Shown: positions 1-10,965 of the stretch, in pieces
Position numbering within the stretch: the stretch's first letter is position 1
Layout: the number at the start of each line of letters is the position of its first letter
The notes under the pieces: generated by a model
Told to the model about the DNA's origin: nothing
The model's input: only the letters and a program-made list of their open reading frames with translations
The model's database searches: none
Position numbers and translations under genes: made by a program
DNA from: a virus
Direction: 5' to 3' (one strand)
UHGV virus genome: UHGV-0010228
Length of the DNA: 64,000 nucleotides

Positions 1-2
1 AA

Positions 3-1310
3 AAATCAAAATTTATCAATGATAATATTTCAATCTATACTAAAAATAAAATAGGTCAATATAGTAAATTCTTAGAAAAGAATCCTATATTTGTAACATA
101 TTATCATCTAAATCAAGCTATGACAAGGTCAGATGTTGGTACTGGTGGTATTGAGAAGGATATAGGAGATAGATCTCCATTAAGATTTAATAAGATCTTA
201 GATTTTCCTTTATATAATATACCAGAATTAAAACCTGATTTAGTATATGATGAAACCGGATATGATATAGATTTAGATATGAGTGATATAGTTTTATTAC
301 CAAATACAATAAAACCATCACCATCTGATTATGTATTAATAAAATTCCCAGGGATTAAAACTTATTTATTTAGAGTTAATTCAGTCGGATATAATACCGT
401 TCAGTCTAATGATTTCTATACTATATCTATGGATGTTAGATATATTGGTACTGATGTTGATGTTGCTAATATTGATAAACAAGTTGTAGAAACTTATCAG
501 ACAATATTCGAGAATATTGGTACTCAGGATAAATGTTTTATCAAATCAACAGATATTGACATAGTCAATAGTATAGTAGATCTGTTTTATACAATGAGAC
601 AGTTTTATATGGATATGTTTTATAAACAGGATTGTAATTCGTTTGTATATACATCTACACAAGGTACTCCATGTGGAGAAACTTTAACTATATATGACCC
701 ATATTTGGAAGCATTTATTAATAAATCAAATATTTTCTTTGATGAAAATTCTGAATATGCTCTCGTATTAACGCCTAATGATATATTAGATGTATGCTTT
801 AATGATACCTTTAATCGTAGTGTGTATAATGCAGTATTAAAGCATTCCACATTACAATTATCAAGGTATCAATATTATTATACATCAGCAGTTCAAAAAT
901 CTGCGTCTCCATTTAATCTATTAGGATATAAAACAAATTCAGTAAAGGTATTTACTAGTAAAATTGATTTGCGTAAATATGGAAATGATGGTAATGAACC
1001 ATTGTGGGTAGACCTAAATCCAATACCAGGATGGAAAGATACATGGACAGCTGGTGCTGATAATGCATATTTCTCTCTTGATTTTTTAGGTTGGCTTAAG
1101 GATGGGGATTGTATGCCATCAGATTATTTCCAGAGATTTATATATAATTATATGTATGATATTAAATTCCCAATATCTAAACGTGAATTATATGAAGAAT
1201 CTGATAAAGATTTACAAAGATCATATAAGTATTTACCGATAATATTGTATATACTAACACAGTTATATAATGAATATTTTCATAATGGCAAAGCTCTCGA
1301 CTTACCATAA
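3..1310 (+). CDS. hypothetical virion-module protein, probably 5'-partial. The frame is open from the window edge and the first ATG at 120 has no SD.
   Basis: Tracked ORF 120..1310 (396 aa). The same frame has no stop back to nt 3. No RBS precedes the ATG at 120, whereas downstream genes have strong GGAGG sites. Confidence 0.5.
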   Translation, partial: KSKFINDNISIYTKNKIGQYSKFLEKNPIFVTYYHLNQAMTRSDVGTGGIEKDIGDRSPLRFNKILDFPLYNIPELKPDLVYDETGYDIDLDMSDIVLLPNTIKPSPSDYVLIKFPGIKTYLFRVNSVGYNTVQSNDFYTISMDVRYIGTDVDVANIDKQVVETYQTIFENIGTQDKCFIKSTDIDIVNSIVDLFYTMRQFYMDMFYKQDCNSFVYTSTQGTPCGETLTIYDPYLEAFINKSNIFFDENSEYALVLTPNDILDVCFNDTFNRSVYNAVLKHSTLQLSRYQYYYTSAVQKSASPFNLLGYKTNSVKVFTSKIDLRKYGNDGNEPLWVDLNPIPGWKDTWTAGADNAYFSLDFLGWLKDGDCMPSDYFQRFIYNYMYDIKFPISKRELYEESDKDLQRSYKYLPIILYILTQLYNEYFHNGKALDLP

Positions 1311-1336
1311 TACCTTTAAGAAGGGAGAAATTAACA

Positions 1337-2224
1337 ATGTTAGAAAATTTAGATGAAGCTTTAAGAAATCCATTATATGAATCTCTGATCGAATTTGATG
1401 AACCAGAAGACGAAATGGATTATGCTGAAGAATCAAAAAAGGTAGACATTAATTCATTAACACTGGATGATTCAGATATTGATGAGCTTTTAAATGACGA
1501 TGATGACGATGACGATGAACCAGATTTAGAATCTGCAGAAGTTATTGAGGACGAATTCGATGAAGCTTTAGAATCAGTATTATATGATGATTTATCATCA
1601 GGTGATGAAAGTACTGATGATATTGTAGACGCACTCGAATCTATCTATGAAGAAACTGAAGAAGAAATCGAATCGGCATTAGAAAGCCTGGAAGGGGAAT
1701 TTGATGATGATTTAGATTCAGCATTAGAATTCCAAGATACTAAATCAGAACTTGCTCGTAAAGCACTGATAGCTGTCAACCCTACTACTATGCCGGGTTA
1801 TGCTATTAATCGTGGATTCCGTGTTGCTCATATTCGAAAGAGATTGCCTATAATTAATAAAGCGGATGATGTGATGGATGAAGCAAAAAAAATAAGCAAA
1901 TCAGACCCTCAGGGTGCAATTGAAAAGATGAAATCTGCACAAAAAATGTACGAAAGAGCTCTCCAACAGGCATTATCTGCAAGATGGTGTAATTCGACAG
2001 TTGAATCATATCTTAAAAATAAAATTGATAGATGTAGAGCTTACATCTTAAAATTTGATGGCGATGGACGAAGCATCCTTGAAATAATGAAATCTTTTGC
2101 TAAAGAACGTAGAAAATCAGTCAAGGATGCTAGAAAAAGATTGAAGAGCGGTGAGGATTTAGGAGCTGAAGAATCCTGGGTTGATTTTGAAGATGACTTT
2201 GATTTTGATATTGACGAAATTTAA
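1337..2224 (+). CDS. highly acidic protein (Asp/Glu-rich N-terminal ~190 aa, basic C-terminal half, C-terminal DFDFDIDEI). Possible scaffold, chaperone or DNA-mimic-like protein.
   Basis: RBS AAGAAGGGAGA 7 nt upstream of the ATG. 295-aa ORF with a D8 run and about 45% D/E across residues 20-130. Confidence 0.7.
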   Translation: MLENLDEALRNPLYESLIEFDEPEDEMDYAEESKKVDINSLTLDDSDIDELLNDDDDDDDEPDLESAEVIEDEFDEALESVLYDDLSSGDESTDDIVDALESIYEETEEEIESALESLEGEFDDDLDSALEFQDTKSELARKALIAVNPTTMPGYAINRGFRVAHIRKRLPIINKADDVMDEAKKISKSDPQGAIEKMKSAQKMYERALQQALSARWCNSTVESYLKNKIDRCRAYILKFDGDGRSILEIMKSFAKERRKSVKDARKRLKSGEDLGAEESWVDFEDDFDFDIDEI

Positions 2225-2238
2225 GGAGGAATATAATT

Positions 2239-2946
2239 ATGGCTAACATATCATTATATGATGATTATGATTATGCTACTGAAGGTATTTTCAGACCTTC
2301 AAAGGCAAATCGTGAAAAAGTTTCTAAGATGGAACTTAAAGAAATGCTTAGCATTTATATTAGAAAGAAGCAGAAACATGACCCTGGCTTCTTTGACAAG
2401 AGTGCCTCAAAGTTAAAAGCTGCAGCTAAAGAGATGAATGAAAGATATAGTGATGAATCTGATAGTGAAGGTGAGTCAGTACAGTTCATTGCTGTAGATG
2501 GAATTCCATTTGCTGTAATACTTAAGGATAATAATCCAACAAGCATTATGTTTATGAGAGCTGGTAGTGTATCTAGAGGTAAGCTCGCAAAGCTTTCAGT
2601 GAACTCACTCAAGTCTGTTACTAGAGGTGCTGCTAGACAGTTAGATAGTGAAGATAAAGCTGCAAAGAAAGCTGCTAAGAATGCACCTGCAGAAGGCGGT
2701 GAAGCACCTGCTGGTGAATCACTCACTGATTTTGACTTCGATGAAGAAGACATTGAAGCAATGGAAGGTGTTATTAAGTGGCTGAAGGAAAAGCGTGCTA
2801 ATCGTAAGGCTAAGAAAGCCGCTAAAAAGGCTGCGAAGGATACTGAAGATGAAGGTGAAAGTGTTGATGATGTTGATGAGTGTGTAGAATCACTTGAAAA
2901 TATCCTCCTTGAGTCATATATTGATGGTGATATAGACTTATTTTAA
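2239..2946 (+). CDS. hypothetical Lys/Ala-rich protein with an acidic C-terminus (DFDFDEED...DIDLF). Its position before terL makes a small-terminase or scaffold role possible but unproven.
   Basis: RBS AAGGAGG. 235-aa ORF with KKAAKKAAK repeats. It shares the DFDFD C-terminal motif with the upstream gene. Confidence 0.65.
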   Translation: MANISLYDDYDYATEGIFRPSKANREKVSKMELKEMLSIYIRKKQKHDPGFFDKSASKLKAAAKEMNERYSDESDSEGESVQFIAVDGIPFAVILKDNNPTSIMFMRAGSVSRGKLAKLSVNSLKSVTRGAARQLDSEDKAAKKAAKNAPAEGGEAPAGESLTDFDFDEEDIEAMEGVIKWLKEKRANRKAKKAAKKAAKDTEDEGESVDDVDECVESLENILLESYIDGDIDLF

Positions 2947-2953
2947 ACTTTTT

Positions 2954-2996
2954 AATAAGAACTTTACCGTAAATGGTAAAGTTCTTATTATTTTAT
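2954..2996 (+). terminator. rho-independent terminator (15-bp stem AATAAGAACTTTACC/GGTAAAGTTCTTATT followed by a T-run)
   Basis: Perfect hairpin immediately after the stop at 2946, followed by ATTTTAT. Confidence 0.7.
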
Positions 2997-3016
2997 AATA
3001 AGGAGGTTTTTGAATC

Positions 3017-5338
3017 ATGGCAAGGATTACAAATTTAGATGAACAACCAAGAATATACGATGATTCTAAGGTTGATATTAATAATTTATACATAGATGAT
3101 TCTACAATGCCTAAAGAATTTGAAGATAATATAGTACAACTTCAAAATGCTGCAGCATCTTCATTAAAACAGCGAAAACCAATATACAATTTTAAGACTA
3201 AAAATAAATCATTTTTAAATCTTTATAATGATTTATATAATATGGGTATTAAAAATAATAAATTCTTTTTAAAATTATATGATAAAGACTTATTAACCAT
3301 AGACCCATATTCTCCAATATTACCTAAAGACTTACAGTTGAAGATAATATTAGAATGCTTTATTAATCCATGGTATTATTTAAGAGAAATCGCAAGGATA
3401 CCAGTAACAGGTTTGCCGATTGAACCTGGTGGTGGTGTACCGTTTAAAGCTGATAGAGGAAATATTGCATCATGGTATTTATTTCTGAACGGAATAGATC
3501 AGTACAATAGTAAGCCGAGACAGCAAGGTAAAACTCAGAATGCGCTATGTGAATTCTTATATGCATTTCAATTCGGTACTTTATCAACTCAAATGCTATT
3601 CTTTAATAAGGATCAACCACAGGCAGCCGAAAATTTAGCTAGAGCTAAGGATCAGAGAGATTTATTACCATCATGGATGCAAATGAGAACGTTTATTGAT
3701 GAAAATGGTAAAGCTGATAATGGTAAAGATAATGTTCGATCATGGAAGAGTCCAATTACAAATAACGAAATTAAGGTAATGGGTAAAGCAACTTCAATGA
3801 TGGCTGCACAAAAGATGGGAAGAGGTGCAACTGCCCCATTACAATTTTATGATGAAACTGACTTTACTCCATATCTTGATGAAATTTTAGGTTCAGCATC
3901 ACTAGCATATTCGAAAGCAGCTGAAGTTGCAGCTAGTAATAAATCACTATATGGTAGATTATTCTGTTCTACACCTGGTGACTTGGATACTAAAGAAGGT
4001 GCTTGGGCATCTGAATGGATAGGTAGAATGTTTGTTTGGAAAGATGAATACTATGATAGACCAATAAATCAGATAAAGGCAACACTTTCAAGAACCGATA
4101 ATAATGGTATCGTATTTGTAGAACATAATTGGAGGCAATTAAAATTAACGAATGCATGGTATGAAAAACAGTGTAAATTACTTGATTATAATGAACTTCG
4201 CATCATGCGTGAAATTGATCTTAAGCGCGTACATGGATCAAATCAGTCACCATTCAAAAGATCCGATATTATATATCTGACTAAGCATCAAAAGAATCCT
4301 ATAAAAACATTAGATCTACAAAAGAATTTCTTATACTTTAATATATATGAGAATTTTAAACCAAATATACCATATATATTAGTAGTTGACCCATCTGAAG
4401 GTCTTATGGAAGATAATAATGCAGTTACAATCATTAATCCATATTCACAAAAACCAATATGTGAATTTAAATGTAATTATATTTCACAAAAGAAGATGTA
4501 TGAGTTATTATGTGCATTAATGGATCAGTATTGTCCTAGATCTATGATCGTTATAGAAAATAATAAGGGTCGAGAATTAATAAACTACTTCCTAGACTCA
4601 AGATATAAATATAATTTATATTATGATGATAGTAAGTTACTTAGTAATATAACTGAAAAAGTTGATAAATATGGTTCATTAGTACAAGAAGCAAATCAAC
4701 GAAGAGCATATGGATTATCAACTACTAGATCTAATAGACCAAAATATTTTGCAATATTAGAAAATGTAGTTGAAGAGAGAAAAGAACTAATCTATACAGA
4801 ATATTTAGTAGATGATGTTTGTGGATTGATTAGAAAGCCTAGTGGAAAGGTAGAAGCAGGACCAGGTAAGCATGATGATAATATAATGTCATATCTTATG
4901 GGATTATATATCTATTATAATGCCCCAGATGATTTATTGGAACGCTATGGTATTATCAGAGGTGCATCTGATCCTAATATATATGATAATGATGGTAAAG
5001 AATTGACCGAGGAAGAGTCTGTCAGACAGTTAAAGATGTTAGCACAGACGCAGGCTTTACCACCTGAATTACAGCAGATTCTTAATGATACATTAACACA
5101 AAGAAATGAAGTTGATGATAGCTGGGATTATTATAAACAAATAGAAGATGCAAAAAAGAATTATAATCAATTACCATCAGAAATGAATGCATATGATAGA
5201 TTGGCATCACAGAATATAATTCAATCCGGAAGTCCATTAGATGACACATATTGGGCAAATTTTGATAATGATATAATTAAATCTAACTTTGAAAGATATG
5301 ATCATTCGCAATTTGATATTAATGATTATATCGATTAA
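3017..5338 (+). CDS. terL: terminase large subunit (ATPase plus RNaseH-like nuclease)
   Basis: 773 aa. Walker-A-like KPRQQGKTQ. C-terminal nuclease-type motif ILVVDPSEGLMEDNNAVTIINP. RBS AAGGAGG. Confidence 0.85.
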   Translation: MARITNLDEQPRIYDDSKVDINNLYIDDSTMPKEFEDNIVQLQNAAASSLKQRKPIYNFKTKNKSFLNLYNDLYNMGIKNNKFFLKLYDKDLLTIDPYSPILPKDLQLKIILECFINPWYYLREIARIPVTGLPIEPGGGVPFKADRGNIASWYLFLNGIDQYNSKPRQQGKTQNALCEFLYAFQFGTLSTQMLFFNKDQPQAAENLARAKDQRDLLPSWMQMRTFIDENGKADNGKDNVRSWKSPITNNEIKVMGKATSMMAAQKMGRGATAPLQFYDETDFTPYLDEILGSASLAYSKAAEVAASNKSLYGRLFCSTPGDLDTKEGAWASEWIGRMFVWKDEYYDRPINQIKATLSRTDNNGIVFVEHNWRQLKLTNAWYEKQCKLLDYNELRIMREIDLKRVHGSNQSPFKRSDIIYLTKHQKNPIKTLDLQKNFLYFNIYENFKPNIPYILVVDPSEGLMEDNNAVTIINPYSQKPICEFKCNYISQKKMYELLCALMDQYCPRSMIVIENNKGRELINYFLDSRYKYNLYYDDSKLLSNITEKVDKYGSLVQEANQRRAYGLSTTRSNRPKYFAILENVVEERKELIYTEYLVDDVCGLIRKPSGKVEAGPGKHDDNIMSYLMGLYIYYNAPDDLLERYGIIRGASDPNIYDNDGKELTEEESVRQLKMLAQTQALPPELQQILNDTLTQRNEVDDSWDYYKQIEDAKKNYNQLPSEMNAYDRLASQNIIQSGSPLDDTYWANFDNDIIKSNFERYDHSQFDINDYID

Positions 5339-5346
5339 TAAATTTA

Positions 5347-5385
5347 ATATACAGAAATATGCTATAAATGTATATTTCTGTATAT
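5347..5385 (+). terminator. hairpin terminator after terL
   Basis: ATATACAGAAATAT-loop-ATATTTCTGTATAT perfect stem. Confidence 0.6.
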
Positions 5386-5438
5386 TAACCATTACAATTC
5401 TTTAATATGAATTTTAATAGAAAGCGAGATTCATTGTT

Positions 5439-6215
5439 ATGAGCGTATATAAATTAGAAACGGTCGCCGAAATTATGCAGTCATTAGACGTCGGCGAAAC
5501 AATTCAAATGATTAAATCTCAGATAGAAAATCCTGACGATGATTATATCACTCCAGTTATTGATATCTTCCAACCAGTCTATAATAATTATAAAGATTTA
5601 TTAGATATAACAGAAACTGAAGATCCTGAGGATATTTCAATAGCAAAAGATAATTTCTTTATGATCTGTCGCAATATCATAGATGCTATATGTGAAAAGT
5701 ATGATATGTCGATAGATGATGATTATTTAGATGATAATAGAGAAAAGTTAGTTGGTATAACATTAGGGTTATACTCATTTATGATTAAGGATTTTTATGC
5801 TGTAACTTATGAAATTATTAAAAATTATTTTGTGGAAAATATGGTAGCATTATATGATGTATTCAAAGGAATATCCATGGGTAAAGATGCTGTATCATCT
5901 TCAAATATGAAAAGATATTCCTTAGCAATGGCAACTTTAATGACTAACATATATGATATTGCAGATTATATATTTACAATGATCGATCAGGTTAATGTAT
6001 TTGATTATATAGATCCTGGTTATATACCATTGGTAATTATAAGGAATTTATATAATAAAGGTGTATTATCTGGTAATTTTGTAAGAGTATTTGCAGATAT
6101 ATTCAAAGATAATATTCCATTAAGATCTAAAATTTGTTTCGAAATATTATACCAGATAAAGAATGAAACAATTGAAGATATATTTAAAAGACTTCCAGTT
6201 GATAAGGAGAATTAA
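5439..6215 (+). CDS. hypothetical protein
   Basis: 258-aa ORF in a co-directional block. The SD is weak. Confidence 0.55.
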   Translation: MSVYKLETVAEIMQSLDVGETIQMIKSQIENPDDDYITPVIDIFQPVYNNYKDLLDITETEDPEDISIAKDNFFMICRNIIDAICEKYDMSIDDDYLDDNREKLVGITLGLYSFMIKDFYAVTYEIIKNYFVENMVALYDVFKGISMGKDAVSSSNMKRYSLAMATLMTNIYDIADYIFTMIDQVNVFDYIDPGYIPLVIIRNLYNKGVLSGNFVRVFADIFKDNIPLRSKICFEILYQIKNETIEDIFKRLPVDKEN

Positions 6216-6218
6216 ATC

Positions 6219-7121
6219 ATGGATGAAAAGACTAAATTAAATGAACTCGATACAATTATAGGAGATACAAAAGAAATAAATGTCACTGAAGATTTAGATA
6301 AAGATCTTCAGGAATTGTTAGATTCTATTGATAGTATGCCATATATTGAAATTGGTGGACTTAAACAGAGAACTGAAAATGATGTAATTCAATTACAGAA
6401 TGTAAAGCAGTTTGTTGATACTGTAAAAGAAATTGACGATCCGACAACAAGAAAGATTGCTGAAGCTAATATTCTTGATAACGTTAAGCTTCAGACAGAA
6501 ATTAATGATTTCAATACATCGTATGAAGAAGATATGAAGAAGTTTGGAATTATCATTGATAAGTGTACTGCTAAATTAAACGAGATTCCTGAAGAAGAAA
6601 GAAATAAGACATCATTCTTATCTAATTCAATGGTGGAATCATTAAAGTATCGTATTGATAAAATTGATCCTAATAATCTCAATTATGATTATATAGTTAA
6701 GAAGTACAATGAAGTTATTCATGCGTTTGAATACCGCATGGACCATACATATTTAATAGATAGAGCTAAATCATTTATGAGTAATAAGAAGAATCTCAAA
6801 ATGATTAAGAAGTATTTATCTGATAACGGATATGCTAAGAAGGTAATGAAACCATTATCTGTAACAATTAGAATTGAAATTGTAAAAGATGCAATGGAAG
6901 AGTTATTGGATATAACAGGTAGTGAAAAAAGTACGATCTTATTCATTATATTCCTTTCTAAAATTATGGAGAAGGAAAAAAGAAGTGGCAAGGATTCATA
7001 TGTAAAAGTAATGATCTTAAATCTTGCGGATTTACATAATAAAGTATTTGATTTATCAGATCCTGATTACTATAGAGAGTACTTAAAGTCAACTCTTCTC
7101 CCAATATTTAAAATTGATTAA
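6219..7121 (+). CDS. hypothetical protein
   Basis: 300-aa ORF with RBS AAGGAGAA. It starts 4 nt after the upstream stop (translational coupling). Confidence 0.65.
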   Translation: MDEKTKLNELDTIIGDTKEINVTEDLDKDLQELLDSIDSMPYIEIGGLKQRTENDVIQLQNVKQFVDTVKEIDDPTTRKIAEANILDNVKLQTEINDFNTSYEEDMKKFGIIIDKCTAKLNEIPEEERNKTSFLSNSMVESLKYRIDKIDPNNLNYDYIVKKYNEVIHAFEYRMDHTYLIDRAKSFMSNKKNLKMIKKYLSDNGYAKKVMKPLSVTIRIEIVKDAMEELLDITGSEKSTILFIIFLSKIMEKEKRSGKDSYVKVMILNLADLHNKVFDLSDPDYYREYLKSTLLPIFKID

Positions 7122-7184
7122 AAATATATATTATTTATATGAATCAAATATCACAATATATTTATAATAAAGGAGGAGAATAAA

Positions 7185-7664
7185 ATGAAATTTGATTTTG
7201 AAAATTACATCGTTATATCTAAGGGATCATCACTTGATGATTATAAGACTAAAAATGGATATGAATACACTGTTGAAGGTGCAAAGATATATCCACTTGA
7301 AACTGCTCTTCCAATAATCATTCAGGGTTCTGGTTGTGTTGGTGTTGGTTGGATAACTAGATATATAGTTACAACAACATCTACTACAATTAGCTTTGAT
7401 AAATTAATCTTCAATAAGCCTGAAGTTTTAGAAGCATACTATAATTTATATAAAGCAGTAGCATCTAATGATGAAAATTCAGAAGATGTTATAATTCCAG
7501 GACTTAAGAAGAAAAAGGAGCGCGCTCCAAAGAATAAGTTCAGAGTAGATAATGATAGTTATTCTAGATCTTCCAATAAGAAATTTATAGATTCACTTGA
7601 TGATATTGATGATGATGATAGTGATGATGTTTCATCTTTCTTTAGAAATCTGAGAGACTTTTAA
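7185..7664 (+). CDS. hypothetical protein with an acidic C-terminal tail
   Basis: RBS AAAGGAGGAG. 159 aa. Confidence 0.65.
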   Translation: MKFDFENYIVISKGSSLDDYKTKNGYEYTVEGAKIYPLETALPIIIQGSGCVGVGWITRYIVTTTSTTISFDKLIFNKPEVLEAYYNLYKAVASNDENSEDVIIPGLKKKKERAPKNKFRVDNDSYSRSSNKKFIDSLDDIDDDDSDDVSSFFRNLRDF

Positions 7665-7694
7665 AGAATTTCTTATTGAATAATAAAACAAATT

Positions 7695-7728
7695 CCCCTC
7701 AAGGCATATTAGCACCTTGAGGGGATTT
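7695..7728 (+). terminator. rho-independent terminator (CCCCTCAAGG...CCTTGAGGGG)
   Basis: 10-bp GC-containing stem followed by ATTT, just after the stop at 7664. Confidence 0.7.
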
Positions 7729-7744
7729 AATAAAGGAGAAAATA

Positions 7745-8185
7745 ATGATAGGTGATAATTATAATATTCAGTGGAATATTAAACAGCAAGAAGTTGAAAA
7801 TTTCTTTAATTCAAAAATGATTGCTAGACCTAATACATATTCTTCATATGAAGAATATGAAAATGAATTAAATAAATTCAGGAAGATATTATCTACTTAC
7901 GATAAGGAATATATAGATATTGGAGTAGATAAGAAAATTAATGGGTTAATTATATATCCCGATTTATCAAGACCTTCTAAGTGTCATAGAACATATATAG
8001 ATATTGAGAACCCATTTAAAGTTGGTTCTCGTATTTCAGATAAGGTTGGAATAATAAGAATAATGACTTTAAATACACGGGACATGATAATCGGAAATGA
8101 ATATTATGAAGAGAATTTATATTTATCTTATAATTTAAATAAGAATGAAATATACACATCAATATATGCTGATATGAAATTATAA
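7745..8185 (+). CDS. hypothetical protein
   Basis: RBS AAAGGAGAA. 146 aa. Confidence 0.65.
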   Translation: MIGDNYNIQWNIKQQEVENFFNSKMIARPNTYSSYEEYENELNKFRKILSTYDKEYIDIGVDKKINGLIIYPDLSRPSKCHRTYIDIENPFKVGSRISDKVGIIRIMTLNTRDMIIGNEYYEENLYLSYNLNKNEIYTSIYADMKL

Positions 8186-8193
8186 ATAACTTT

Positions 8194-8235
8194 GGGTGAT
8201 GGAATGATCACCCTTTATTTTTTTATTTTTTAACA
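8194..8235 (+). terminator. rho-independent terminator (GGGTGAT...ATCACCC followed by a T-run)
   Basis: Hairpin followed by TTTATTTTTTTATTTTTT. Confidence 0.75.
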
Positions 8236-8257
8236 GCTATGTAAAGGAGGTGAGGTC

Positions 8258-8992
8258 ATGAATTTTTTAATATCAGATGATAAGTATGTATATATAAATA
8301 CAGAGAGAGCTGAAGCTTATATTCCTGAATCATTATTTGGTAATATTGAAGAAAAACCATCTTCAATATGCTATGAATATGGTGAAGGATTTATGACTCT
8401 TGGTGTATTTTATATTGCATTCTTTGATGAGAGCGGAAAAAGAACCCTAAAAACTCTAACATATCCAAATGTATTTGAAACTCGACCATCTTCAAATAGA
8501 TCTGCATCTTTAGAAATTGATGGAATAATAGATAAATATAGAATTCTTGAATATGAAAAAGGTGATATGTTAATGCCATTACAGAATAAACGATCAGCTG
8601 ATAATTGTGAAACTTTTATGAGATTGATAACTAGTGGAAAAATACCATCAGCATTAGCATATGATGAAATATTTGAAGTGTGGCTTAGAAATTTCCAAAT
8701 AAATGACTTAAGTCCTGATGTACCTTCTGTCATATTACAGACAATTATATCAACAATGTGTAGATCTAAAAAAGATCCTAATATTGAATATAGACAGATC
8801 GCTGGAAGAAATCCAAATTATGATAAGCATGGATATAGATCGATGAATATGAATGCTATTTCTGCAAATTCATCTATAATGTCAGCATTATCTTTTGAAA
8901 GATTTGGTGAAAAATTAGCAACGTCGATCAATATGACTAAAGAAGGAACAAAACAGAAAATTTCACCTGTTGAAAAAGTCCTTACTATGTAA
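8258..8992 (+). CDS. hypothetical protein
   Basis: RBS AAAGGAGGTGAGG. 244 aa. Confidence 0.65.
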   Translation: MNFLISDDKYVYINTERAEAYIPESLFGNIEEKPSSICYEYGEGFMTLGVFYIAFFDESGKRTLKTLTYPNVFETRPSSNRSASLEIDGIIDKYRILEYEKGDMLMPLQNKRSADNCETFMRLITSGKIPSALAYDEIFEVWLRNFQINDLSPDVPSVILQTIISTMCRSKKDPNIEYRQIAGRNPNYDKHGYRSMNMNAISANSSIMSALSFERFGEKLATSINMTKEGTKQKISPVEKVLTM

Positions 8993-9079
8993 TGTAAGGA
9001 CGTTCTTGTGTGGAATAACAAGTAATTAAATTAAAATAAAGCTTATATTTAATTTAAAATATAAAAGGAGGTATAAAAT

Positions 9080-10945
9080 ATGCCAGTAAGTTATCAGATA
9101 GTGCCGGAGCATATATACCCTCATCAGATGGTACAGATTAATGATAACTCAGAGGTTGTAGATAATACATATCAGACTAACTTTGATGTTAACTCTATTC
9201 TCTGTGTATTCTCATCTCCTAAAGGTAGAGATGGAATGTATAGCATTACTTCTGGATCTCAGGGTTTTATCAATGAATATGGTGAAGGTTCCTTTGCGAA
9301 CTATGGTCAGCCATATATGCAGGCCTTTGCAGCTGCAAGTTCTGGAGCTGCAACATTACAGTGCCTTAGAGTAACTGCTGATGATGCTACATATGCTGCA
9401 TCATCACTTATGTGCAAGTACTCAGTAGAAGGTACTAAACTTAAGCTTGAATTTAGTGTTGGTGTTGATAACACTAATGCACTTACAGATCTTGATAATA
9501 TTGAAGATGTAAATAAGACAACTACTACAGGTACAGTAAGACTCTTTACTGTAGCTTCAATTGGTAAGGGTGCTTATGGTAATAATATTAGATGGAGAAT
9601 AAGAAATAATTCAGGTTCTGATAAGCAGAATAATTATAAGAATTATATTTTTGATATTTATGAGCAGGAAAATGGCGGTCTTGTTCTTAGAGAATCATTT
9701 TCAGTATCATTCTCAGCAGATGCAATCTGGAATGGCGAATCAATATTCTTTGATGAAGTTATTAATGATGTTGTAAGCGGTTCTAATAAGGTTAAGGTTG
9801 TTTCATTCCCAGAAGCTTTCCAGGAAATCTATGACAAGTATAAGGAAGCTAATCCTGATACTGAATTCACAGTTGATACATTTGACTGTATTCTTGGTAT
9901 TGATAAGTTTACTAGACAGGCTGAAAAGAACGTTGAAATCGTTGCAGAATCAGTAGATGGTGCTGGAACTTCAGTTTCACCGTCTTCAACAGCAGGTCTT
10001 GCACTTGGTGCTGGTAGTGACGGTGCATTAGCACTCACTAACAATGCTGCAACACGTCAGGCTGCTCTTGATGCACTCTACACTAAAGCTTTCAACGGTG
10101 AAATTGACGAATATATCAAGTCAAAGAATAGATATCCTGCATCACTTATAATTGATGCTAATTATCCAGTAGCTACCAAGCGTGCAATGGTTGCTCTTGC
10201 TACTAAGAGAACTGACTGTATGGTAATGCTTGACTGTGGTACTGGTATCACAACAAAGGCATCAGTACTTTCATACATCAACGAAAATCTGGATGATTTC
10301 ACTCAGTCTAGAATTGTTACAATTGAAGCATACTGCATGAAGGTTCGTGATCCGATGACTAAGAAGTCAGTTGTTGTTACATCTGGTTATTGGTTATCAA
10401 GATACTATCCAGTTCATATTAAGAATTGGAATGGTAAGCACAAGCCATTTGCTGGTAATAAGTATGGTATTATTGAAGGTGCAATTAGAAACTCAGTTTA
10501 TCCAACATTTGATGAAGATCTTGATTCAGAAGTTATGGATGAACTTGCAGAAAAGCATATAAACTTTGCTAAGTATAATGCTAATAGAGATACTGTAAGA
10601 GCTATGCAGGATACTAGAAATCCTAAGCTCACAAATCTTAGTGAACAGAATAACATGCTCGTTGTTCTTGATATTAAGAGAGATGCTGAGCAGATTTGTG
10701 CACAGTTCGAATTTGAATTTGCTGAAGCAGAAGATATCTCTAGATATAATACAATTCTTCAGGGACTTGTATCTAAGTATAATGAAGCTCAGGTTCGCTC
10801 AATTAGTGCAGTTATGTCTAAGAGTGATTGGGAATCTAAGCACAACATTATACACCTCGTTATTGCTCTTGTACATAAGGATCTCGTTAGAACTACAATT
10901 ATTGAAATTGATGTTAATAGAGATTCAGATGTTACAGTTGGTTAA
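9080..10945 (+). CDS. contractile tail sheath protein (T4 gp18-like C-terminal domain)
   Basis: 621 aa. KRTDCMVMLD aligns with T4 gp18 RQDCLVLCS. KPFAGNKYGII aligns with gp18 SPAGYNRGQI. The N-terminus has an ...KGRDGMYSITSGSQGFINEYG sheath-like segment. Codon usage looks highly expressed. RBS AAAAGGAGG. Confidence 0.6.
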   Translation: MPVSYQIVPEHIYPHQMVQINDNSEVVDNTYQTNFDVNSILCVFSSPKGRDGMYSITSGSQGFINEYGEGSFANYGQPYMQAFAAASSGAATLQCLRVTADDATYAASSLMCKYSVEGTKLKLEFSVGVDNTNALTDLDNIEDVNKTTTTGTVRLFTVASIGKGAYGNNIRWRIRNNSGSDKQNNYKNYIFDIYEQENGGLVLRESFSVSFSADAIWNGESIFFDEVINDVVSGSNKVKVVSFPEAFQEIYDKYKEANPDTEFTVDTFDCILGIDKFTRQAEKNVEIVAESVDGAGTSVSPSSTAGLALGAGSDGALALTNNAATRQAALDALYTKAFNGEIDEYIKSKNRYPASLIIDANYPVATKRAMVALATKRTDCMVMLDCGTGITTKASVLSYINENLDDFTQSRIVTIEAYCMKVRDPMTKKSVVVTSGYWLSRYYPVHIKNWNGKHKPFAGNKYGIIEGAIRNSVYPTFDEDLDSEVMDELAEKHINFAKYNANRDTVRAMQDTRNPKLTNLSEQNNMLVVLDIKRDAEQICAQFEFEFAEAEDISRYNTILQGLVSKYNEAQVRSISAVMSKSDWESKHNIIHLVIALVHKDLVRTTIIEIDVNRDSDVTVG

Positions 10946-10965
10946 TGGAAAGGAGGAGTTGAAGT

